Source of the DNA: a virus
Length of the DNA: 64,000 bases
UHGV virus genome: UHGV-1366919
Strand: one strand, 5' to 3'
The notes below the pieces were generated by a model that saw nothing but the letters and a program-made list of their open reading frames with translations, made no database searches and was not told where the DNA came from. The position numbers and the translations under genes were made by a program. This document shows, piece after piece, positions 57,242 through 64,000 of this stretch (positions within the stretch are counted from its first letter, which is position 1; each line of letters starts with the position of its first letter).

Positions 57242-57928
57242 TTAACGAAGAGTAGAATCGATAATATCTTTTGTTCTTGGAGGAAGCCATCCTTCTGGCT
57301 TAATTACATCAAAAGTACTTCCGCGCTTTCCGACATTATCTTTAGTTGCACGAATCTTTTGCATGTTCCTGGCCTGAACATCATTCCACAAAGCCTGGGC
57401 AGGCATGTTCATGAGATTTAACAAGCCCGACGCAACATAAATCAGATCGGTTAAACCATCTGAAATTTCATAAATATTACCTTCCTTGTGCGCTTTATCA
57501 ATTTCTGCAAGTTCTTCATAAAGATGGCCGATCTTTACTTTCATTTCCTCTTCAGGGAGAATACCAAATTGATCCTTTCTCCAAAGACCATATTTTTGCT
57601 GAAAAGCCATTGTATCATCAAAAATATTAGTACTCCAAGTATTCATCAAAGAATGATATTCTTGTGCGTCAAGATCTTCATCATTAATATATTCAAAATA
57701 ACCAGTTAACATTACTTCCACTAAAGTAGATGGAATCCATGTACGAATAGTCATTTGCTTATTTTCTTCAATATTTTTAATGGGATCTCCTTCCAGCATA
57801 GGAGTCTTTGCTCCATTGCCCCATAGATAAAATTGAAGGTCGCCATCTTCAGTAACAAAATTACTGCTCTTCCTGTTTACCACATATCGATTGTGGTCCT
57901 GCTCGCAATGAAAAATTAGATATTTCAT
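57242..57928 (-). CDS. MazG-like NTP pyrophosphohydrolase domain protein
   Basis: C-terminal LYEELAEIDKAH...EISDGLTDLIYV fits the all-alpha NTP-PPase EExxE/D pattern. Confidence 0.45.
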   Translation of the reverse strand: MKYLIFHCEQDHNRYVVNRKSSNFVTEDGDLQFYLWGNGAKTPMLEGDPIKNIEENKQMTIRTWIPSTLVEVMLTGYFEYINDEDLDAQEYHSLMNTWSTNIFDDTMAFQQKYGLWRKDQFGILPEEEMKVKIGHLYEELAEIDKAHKEGNIYEISDGLTDLIYVASGLLNLMNMPAQALWNDVQARNMQKIRATKDNVGKRGSTFDVIKPEGWLPPRTKDIIDSTLR

Positions 57929-57934
57929 ATAAAA

Positions 57935-58441
57935 TTAAAGTGTTTTAAGATAATCATATCGAACTACCTTATATTGAAGATCAGGATGACATGACTTAAA
58001 GGTTAGATAAATGTCCTGATACTTGTCATAAATTTTTGACATAACATCAACATTAGAAATATATTCTTCTTTAGTCTTCATACAATTGACATAGTTTTTA
58101 AGGTAAATCCCCTTATCCATAGGAAGACAAAAAATAATAAGGTCAAAAGCATTTAATAGGTCATTAATAAAATCTTTACCTCCATCCAGGTCCGGACAAA
58201 AATGAATACGCGGTTCATTTCGAACTACTGATCCATAAACATATTCTGAAATAAGATGACGATCAATAATTACATTATCATGTTCTTTTAAGAACTCAAA
58301 AGACTGTTTAATTTGATCCGCATATTCAAAGTCATCCTCATTATAAGAATAATGAATATATTCGCATTTCAAAGCCTCTTGCAAAACTTTTGCCAAATGT
58401 GTTTTCCCGCCTGAATCGGGACCATCCAAATAAATTTTCAT
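57935..58441 (-). CDS. P-loop deoxynucleotide (dNMP/dTMP) kinase-like protein
   Basis: MKIYLDGPDSGGKTHLAK is a Walker A motif. Located next to thyA and DHFR, as T4 gene 1 is. Confidence 0.5.
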   Translation of the reverse strand: MKIYLDGPDSGGKTHLAKVLQEALKCEYIHYSYNEDDFEYADQIKQSFEFLKEHDNVIIDRHLISEYVYGSVVRNEPRIHFCPDLDGGKDFINDLLNAFDLIIFCLPMDKGIYLKNYVNCMKTKEEYISNVDVMSKIYDKYQDIYLTFKSCHPDLQYKVVRYDYLKTL

Positions 58442-58442
58442 A

Positions 58443-58709
58443 TTAATCTTGAGAGGTAAAATTATAACTTATATTATTTTCTAATAGAATCTTAACAAAT
58501 GTTTTTATAATTCCATCATCTTCTTTTCGTTCTCTTGAAAAGAAAATAATAGAATTTTTAAAAATAACAAGATGATCTGTCTCATTATCATCTTTCTTAA
58601 AGATAATAGAAATATCATCTTCATGTTCAAGATGATATAAATTTTGATCTTCTGTTAAAAGAAAAATCTCTTTTTCATCTTGTTCAAAATTAAAAATTTG
58701 GTATTTCAT
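58443..58709 (-). CDS. hypothetical protein (88 aa)
   Basis: ORF; 4-nt overlap with thyA. Confidence 0.4.
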   Translation of the reverse strand: MKYQIFNFEQDEKEIFLLTEDQNLYHLEHEDDISIIFKKDDNETDHLVIFKNSIIFFSRERKEDDGIIKTFVKILLENNISYNFTSQD

Positions 58710-59635
58710 ACAGCTACGGGCATATTAATAATCTTGGCTGGCTTATAATTTTCAATAGAAAACCAATCTAATTGAAAATTTTCTAATTTTTCTACATAAT
58801 CAGGACCGGAATAAATTAAATTTGGAGGTACATTAATTGTTGAAGAAATCATTTCCCTTACTCCCTCAATCTGATTTACATAAATGTGACTATCCCCAAA
58901 TAGCCCATAAACAGTTCCCACTTCATGATTTGTCATTTTAGACATCATAAAAAGAAGCAAAGAATAAAGGCAGATATCAAAAGGAACCCCAACAGGCATA
59001 TCACAAGACCTTTGAATCCATCGAAGATGCAAGCGCCGTTTACCATTTTCCAAAGGTTCAGAATAAAACTCTCCGCCCCAATGACAAGGGGGAAGCGCCA
59101 TATCATTTAGTTCTCCCGGATTCCACATTGAAAATACTAATCGCCTATCATCAGGATTAGTTCTAAGAGTATTAATGATATTTTGAATTTGATTAACAGT
59201 CGCCCGTTCTAAAATATCATTTTTAGAAACATTAAAATAACCGCAATCCCATTCCATTAATTGCTTGCCATATACAGGACCCAAATCACCTTTTTCATCA
59301 GCCCATTTATCCCAGTAATGTACATTTTCATTTTTAAGATACATTACATTATTCCTATCAGTATTAGGAATAGGATTTTGAGCTTGAAGAATGCCAAGAA
59401 TCCAGAATAATTCTACTAATGCCCCTTTAAAAAAGATTTTTCGCATTGTAATTAATGGAAAATAACCTTTGGTCAGTAATTTTCCAGAATTCCAGCTAGT
59501 ATTAAAAATACTTTTAGTATCAATACCCGTTCTATTAGATTTAAGAACCCCCTTCTCAAGGATCTCCAGCAAAATCCTGCGATAACAACTCTCAGGCTTG
59601 TGTAAGAAGCCTATTTCCTTTATATCTCCACTCAT
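58706..59635 (-). CDS. thyA: thymidylate synthase (ThyA type)
   Basis: Contains RRILLEILEKG, the active-site PPCHW motif, and LPFDI; about 309 aa. No intron is apparent. Confidence 0.85.
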   Translation of the reverse strand: MSGDIKEIGFLHKPESCYRRILLEILEKGVLKSNRTGIDTKSIFNTSWNSGKLLTKGYFPLITMRKIFFKGALVELFWILGILQAQNPIPNTDRNNVMYLKNENVHYWDKWADEKGDLGPVYGKQLMEWDCGYFNVSKNDILERATVNQIQNIINTLRTNPDDRRLVFSMWNPGELNDMALPPCHWGGEFYSEPLENGKRRLHLRWIQRSCDMPVGVPFDICLYSLLLFMMSKMTNHEVGTVYGLFGDSHIYVNQIEGVREMISSTINVPPNLIYSGPDYVEKLENFQLDWFSIENYKPAKIINMPVAV

Positions 59636-59658
59636 TTCTTTTTATCTTATCAGTATTC

Positions 59659-60207
59659 TCAATTATCCATGGTGTTTTGCCATCTTATAAATTTCTCAAT
59701 AGCGAGCCTGTAATCACCTACTGTATGAATTTCTAATTGAGCTGGAATAAATTTCCAAAGCAGATAAAGACTGCTAATATCTGAAAAATAGGTATCATGA
59801 TAAATGTCCATCAATTCTTCAATATAAAAAATAGAACGGTAGACAACTTTGGAATATTTTAAAAGCGTATCATAAAGCATACTTCCGCCAATGCAAACCA
59901 CCTCTTCTTCGGAATCTTTAAATTTATCTATAAAATCGCATATATTAATTTTAATAACATTATCAGGCAGATTAAGAGGCAAATCCCGGGAAGTAATAAT
60001 AAAATGATTTAAGCGATTTTTTAAAGGTTTAAAATTCAAACTTTCAAAAGTGTTATAACCCATCACAACACTTTTTCCTTCGGTAACATTTTTAAAATGT
60101 TCCATATCTCTTCTAGCTATTTCTTTATATTTTTGACCTTTCCAGGGAAGAGAATTTTTATGTCCAATAGAACCATTGGGAAGCATTGCAAAAATTGAAG
60201 AAATCAT
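59659..60207 (-). CDS. folA: dihydrofolate reductase
   Basis: MISSIFAMLPNGSIGHKNSLPW...VVMGYNTFESL is the DHFR signature. It sits upstream of thyA, as frd-td do in T4. Confidence 0.8.
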   Translation of the reverse strand: MISSIFAMLPNGSIGHKNSLPWKGQKYKEIARRDMEHFKNVTEGKSVVMGYNTFESLNFKPLKNRLNHFIITSRDLPLNLPDNVIKINICDFIDKFKDSEEEVVCIGGSMLYDTLLKYSKVVYRSIFYIEELMDIYHDTYFSDISSLYLLWKFIPAQLEIHTVGDYRLAIEKFIRWQNTMDN

Positions 60208-60275
60208 TGTTTTTTAATATTTTATTACTTTTTTAGGCTCAGCTATAATCTTAAATAAACTTATATTTTAAAAAG

Positions 60276-60917
60276 ATGAATAGCTATAGTTACGATGAGG
60301 AGAAAGATAAATGGGGGGCAGAATTAGTTGCAACTAAGGACCGTATAGCTAGACGAATTTATTCAACAAAAGATTATTACTATTGTTGCTGGAAAATGGC
60401 AAGGCATGGATTATTAATTCTTGATTACCGGGGGTTAATTATAGATGTTAACCCGTATTTTTGTGAAAAAATTGGATATTCTCGAGAAGAATTATTGGGA
60501 AAAAATATTAATGATTTTTGTGTTAAAGCTGAAGATCTTCATGCTTCTGATTCTATTAATATTTTAACTTTACTTCAATCGATTAATCAACAAAGTACAA
60601 ATCAATGCGAATTAAAAACTAAAGAAACTAAATTATTTCGTGTAAGATGGGTCGCAACCAGAATTCCAGCATCATTATCTAGTCCATTCTCACATAGTTT
60701 AGTATGTGTATACTTTTTAAGTGAAACTAATTATTCTAAAATTATTGATGAGATTAATAAAATTAAAAAGAAAGAATCGAATATCCTTTGGAAGATACTC
60801 GATTCTCTTTGGGCAAAATGCTTAATTTTTTTAATTATTATTCTTACAGCTATTGGTGGAAGTTTACCAGATATTGTCTCAAAGATAATATCTTTATTTG
60901 CAAATTCTCCACTTTAA
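60276..60917 (+). CDS. PAS-domain protein with C-terminal TM helix
   Basis: LLILDYRGLIIDVNPYFCEKIGYSREELLGKNINDF is PAS-like. The C-terminus is hydrophobic. Confidence 0.5.
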   Translation: MNSYSYDEEKDKWGAELVATKDRIARRIYSTKDYYYCCWKMARHGLLILDYRGLIIDVNPYFCEKIGYSREELLGKNINDFCVKAEDLHASDSINILTLLQSINQQSTNQCELKTKETKLFRVRWVATRIPASLSSPFSHSLVCVYFLSETNYSKIIDEINKIKKKESNILWKILDSLWAKCLIFLIIILTAIGGSLPDIVSKIISLFANSPL

Positions 60918-61091
60918 TAAAGTAAGCTCTTCATATAAAAATCAGAACATTCAATATCAAAATCTTTCTGAGTTTCAATATTTTCCGCTGGATAAAAAGT
61001 TGTTACAATTGTTAAACTATTCTTTTGATAAACGGAAATTGATCCGTTATCATTCAAAGAAAATTTAAATTTATCAATGGTACATTCCATA

Positions 61092-61358
61092 TTATTCGTC
61101 CTCGTTTTCTTCTTCGTCGTCTCGTTCTTCTAATTCTTCAAGCAGCTCATTAAGTCGAGATAATGAACACTCGGGAATATATTCTTCTTCATCAGGTTCC
61201 ACAATAGCAGTTGTAATATTAGCTACAATACCTTGAACCATATCAGCTAAAGAATCATCTACATCTGTATCTTCAATATCGGCAATTAATTTATTACAAA
61301 TTACTTCAACCTGAGTTTGATAATTTTTAAATCGTCGTTTAAATTGTTTAAGAGTCAT
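61092..61358 (-). CDS. hypothetical protein with poly-acidic C-terminus
   Basis: ORF. Confidence 0.4.
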   Translation of the reverse strand: MTLKQFKRRFKNYQTQVEVICNKLIADIEDTDVDDSLADMVQGIVANITTAIVEPDEEEYIPECSLSRLNELLEELEERDDEEENEDE

Positions 61359-61443
61359 GTGTGTTACTTATGGTTTCTAATTTTATTAGAAATTATTTTA
61401 CTGAACAAAATTCAAAAATTTCTTTTATTTTTTGAATGATAAT

Positions 61444-62163
61444 TCATTGAGGGGTATTTATATTTTTCTTATAATGATTAAGCATCAGAATAATCTCATG
61501 CTTCATAAAATTTGTTGGAATAACTTCCCAATTTCCGGTATTCATATCTAACCAGAAAATGAGCAGTCCTTTGCATTTCTTCTTAGTCAGAATTTCATTC
61601 ATAAATCCATAAATTCCTAACTGAAGAGCATATATATTAAATTCACATTCAGATAAATGATTTAATGGAGCTTTCATCCATTTACCATAATCTGAACCAA
61701 ATCTAAATTTTTTATTTGTTTTAAAATCGCCAATGATAAATGTACCATCTTCTAACTCAAATAGAAGATCACTAGTACCGGCGATTTTAAAATCATGATT
61801 ATATAACAACTTTTCAGAATATATTTCTGAAATATTTGGAATATATTTTTCTACTTTTAATTGAAATTTTTCAATGATCTTCTTATATAAAGGATCAACT
61901 TCTCCATACTTTACATAATTTTCAAGAGCAGCATGAAAATCAGTACCTCTATCACATGCAAAATTTTTATTATCTTCCCATTCTTTAAGAATTTCTTCTT
62001 GACTTACTCCTCTTTTCTTTGCAACCCATTTAGAAATATTTTCTGCATCAAACTTTTCCTTATATCGCCCCAATAATTTAGAAACTGAGCAATATTCTTC
62101 ATTTGTTTCAATATTAATATATTGATGAGTATCTTCTAAAAATTTAATCGGACTATTATCCAT
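61444..62163 (-). CDS. PD-(D/E)XK family nuclease (RecB/Cas4/YqaJ-like exonuclease fold)
   Basis: GTSDLLFELEDGTFIIGDFKTNKK gives a D...(D/E)xK core; upstream CDRGTDFHAALE. Confidence 0.5.
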   Translation of the reverse strand: MDNSPIKFLEDTHQYINIETNEEYCSVSKLLGRYKEKFDAENISKWVAKKRGVSQEEILKEWEDNKNFACDRGTDFHAALENYVKYGEVDPLYKKIIEKFQLKVEKYIPNISEIYSEKLLYNHDFKIAGTSDLLFELEDGTFIIGDFKTNKKFRFGSDYGKWMKAPLNHLSECEFNIYALQLGIYGFMNEILTKKKCKGLLIFWLDMNTGNWEVIPTNFMKHEIILMLNHYKKNINTPQ

Positions 62164-62221
62164 TTTTAAATTTAAAATAAATTTTTCCTAAACTTAAAAA
62201 AGTGTTTTAATTAATTTTAAA

Positions 62222-62671
62222 ATGATATTAAAATTAACAGAAAAAAATAGCTTTGTAATTTCTATAAATGATAAACGTTATAAATTATTTAAAAAGATTT
62301 TTAATTATTATCAATTACCTTTACCTAAACTGTTTAATGGAGTTAAACATAATAATCCTGTTTTAGGATGTTTATTAAGTCATTACAATATTTTAAAATT
62401 AGCAACATTATGGTCTTTACCTTATATATTTGTTTTTGAAGATGATGTATTACCAAATAAAAATATTATTCATTACCTGAATGAAGCCTTAAAAAACGTT
62501 CCAGATAATTTTAATATCTTAAAATTAGAAAATATATATTTTAATAATGAATATGATAATAATATATTATCTGAAAATAATTGGATTAAACATTGTAAAA
62601 ATGCTCCAATAATAGGAAGAGGAACTGGGGCAATTGTTATTAATATAACATCATCTTTTCAATTAATTTAA
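62222..62671 (+). CDS. glycosyltransferase family 25 (LOS/LPS beta-glycosyltransferase-like), N-terminal part
   Basis: GCLLSHYNILK...IFVFEDDV matches the GT25 signature. Probably split from 62684..62899 by a frameshift. Confidence 0.5.
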   Translation: MILKLTEKNSFVISINDKRYKLFKKIFNYYQLPLPKLFNGVKHNNPVLGCLLSHYNILKLATLWSLPYIFVFEDDVLPNKNIIHYLNEALKNVPDNFNILKLENIYFNNEYDNNILSENNWIKHCKNAPIIGRGTGAIVINITSSFQLI

Positions 62672-62683
62672 TTAATTGAAAAG

Positions 62684-62899
62684 ATGATCCCAAATATTAC
62701 ACCAATTGATGTAATACTAGAATTAGCAAATAAAATATTTCATAATTTTAATATGTATATTTCAAAAAATATTTTATTTGTACAACATAATCTACATAAA
62801 GAAAAAACTATTCATAATAATTTTATGAATAATTCATTAAAAAGAATTAATCCTAATTTAGGAATAATTTCAGATTTTGAACCAAATATATTTGAATAA
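62684..62899 (+). pseudogene. possible C-terminal fragment of the GT25 gene (frameshifted)
   Basis: A short ORF starts 13 nt after the stop of 62222..62671. Together they are about GT25 size. Confidence 0.3.
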
Positions 62900-62901
62900 T
62901 T

Positions 62902-63246
62902 TTAATCCAAATAAGATTGTTCTCCTCCAAATAATTGTTCTTTAATATCTTCATTTAAATCAAATACTTCAACCTCTAAACTATCATAATCATTAAACCA
63001 TCCTTTATAATAAACATTTGACTGTAGAAATATTTTATCATAAGATATTTTATTAGATTTAATGTTGTTTATATCATTTTGTGTAATAGGAACTGCAATA
63101 ATAATTAAATTATTTTCAGATTTTAATCTACATTTAATGCAAATATATTCATCATGATGTCCAATATTATTTCGATTAAGATCTTCTGATATGAATAAAA
63201 ATGGACCATCATACCACATTAATATATCTATTATATTTAATATCAT
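62902..63246 (-). CDS. hypothetical protein (114 aa)
   Basis: ORF with AAAGGTG 33 nt upstream. Confidence 0.4.
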   Translation of the reverse strand: MILNIIDILMWYDGPFLFISEDLNRNNIGHHDEYICIKCRLKSENNLIIIAVPITQNDINNIKSNKISYDKIFLQSNVYYKGWFNDYDSLEVEVFDLNEDIKEQLFGGEQSYLD

Positions 63247-63394
63247 ATATTAATATTAATTAATGACATAAAATTTAAAGGTGATTAATTATTATATTCA
63301 TTTTAATAATATTAAAATAATTTAACATTCATAAGAATGATATTAACACCTATCTGAATTTTTAAAGGTGTTCCGATTATCTTTAAATATTAAT

Positions 63395-63655
63395 ATGGCT
63401 GAAGATAATAAAATTGATCCTACCCTTTGGGTAAAACTTATTGCTTGGTTAAAGGCTCGTTTAAGTGAAAGTTCTACCTGGTCTGCTTTAGTAGTTTTAG
63501 GATCCTACCTAGGATATGTTTGGGATCCTGCGCTAATTGAACAAATTTGTTTAATTGGTGTAAGTTTACTGGCAGTTATCCAAATTATTCGTAAAGATCC
63601 TGTAACAGCGGTTAAAGAATTAACTCCTGAAGAATCTAAAAAAGAAAAAGAATAA
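63395..63655 (+). CDS. holin-like small membrane protein
   Basis: ATG at 63395 (MAEDNK...). Two hydrophobic helices, charged C-terminus, immediately upstream of the endolysin. Confidence 0.45.
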   Translation: MAEDNKIDPTLWVKLIAWLKARLSESSTWSALVVLGSYLGYVWDPALIEQICLIGVSLLAVIQIIRKDPVTAVKELTPEESKKEKE

Positions 63656-63676
63656 AGAATTTTTTATTTGTATGGA

Positions 63677-63719
63677 TAAAAAAGAAGTCTTGAGAATAAA
63701 ATCTTGAGACTTCTTTTTT
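63677..63719 (+). terminator. putative Rho-independent terminator/attenuator (aagaagtc ... gacttctt stem + T6)
   Basis: 8-bp stem with a long loop and a T-run, between the holin and endolysin genes. Confidence 0.35.
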
Positions 63720-63742
63720 GTATGAATGTAACTATTATTAGT

Positions 63743-64000
63743 ATGGAACAAAAAGAACGAATTAAAAGAATTCAAAAAGCTTTGAATGTCAACGCAGATG
63801 GTATTATTGGAGATAAAACTCTTACAGCTATTGAAGGGCTGCTGAATTTAAATAAACCCATAGAGGATAACATGGGATATTCCGTAGTCATAAGTATAGG
63901 TCATTCTACTGCAGATAAAGGCGCAGTAGCATCGGATGGTCATATTGCCGAATATGACTATAATAAAAAGCTGGCAGATATTATTAAAAAGGAACTTGAA
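63743..64000 (+). CDS. endolysin, N-terminal part (PG-binding domain + N-acetylmuramoyl-L-alanine amidase-like); continues beyond the window
   Basis: IQKALNVNADGIIGDKTLTAIEG is a PG_binding_1-like repeat. VVISIGHSTADKGA resembles the amidase_3 N-terminus. No stop codon before the window ends. Confidence 0.55.
   Translation, partial: MEQKERIKRIQKALNVNADGIIGDKTLTAIEGLLNLNKPIEDNMGYSVVISIGHSTADKGAVASDGHIAEYDYNKKLADIIKKELE

Noticed and set aside
3471-63370. Interpreting the recurrent plus-strand AAAGGTG as a Shine-Dalgarno sequence
   Set aside because: Almost all genes it precedes are on the minus strand, where it reads CACCTTT (identical, not complementary, to the 16S 3' end). It also sits 25-60 nt from the ATG, too far for an RBS. 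It was treated as a promoter/leader element instead.
1-64000. CRISPR array
   Set aside because: No regularly spaced direct repeats with unique spacers were seen. The repeats found are heptamer microsatellites, intragenic protein repeats and inverted-repeat hairpins.

Overview
This 64 kb window is AT-rich (roughly 30% GC) and densely packed with genes, nearly all on the minus strand. It reads as a segment of a large virulent phage with T4-like hallmarks. These include rIIA/rIIB, thymidylate synthase, DHFR, a dNMP-kinase-like gene, a thioredoxin, RNA-ligase/polynucleotide-kinase-type tRNA repair genes, and a terminal holin-endolysin pair. Notable accessory content:
- NAD+ salvage genes (NAMPT plus NMNAT-Nudix).
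- A phage GroEL.
- A Ro60/Rsr-like TROVE-vWA protein next to an RNA ligase and a terminator-bounded structured non-coding region, a candidate Y-RNA-like module.
- A kinase/phosphoesterase/Rnl1-like healing-and-sealing cassette.
- A KxDG ligase paired with a Pol-beta-type nucleotidyltransferase.
- NADAR- and macro-domain proteins.
- Two tRNA clusters with at least 7 foldable tRNAs plus tRNA-like fragments.
- Many mobile elements: an HNH endonuclease abutting tRNA-Met, three paralogous zinc-ribbon/Vsr-like homing-endonuclease-like genes flanking rIIA-rIIB and GroEL, two TnpB genes (one bounded by perfect 27-bp inverted repeats), and an IS1595 transposase. The IS1595 gene sits beside a PEP-CTERM beta-helix protein, an XRE regulator and two plus-strand cargo genes.
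About 17 genes carry a recurring upstream motif (CACCTT around -30, followed by a TATAAT-like box; AAAGGTG on the plus strand). Several strong Rho-independent terminators are visible. All calls were made by eye from the sequence and ORF track; no searches were run.
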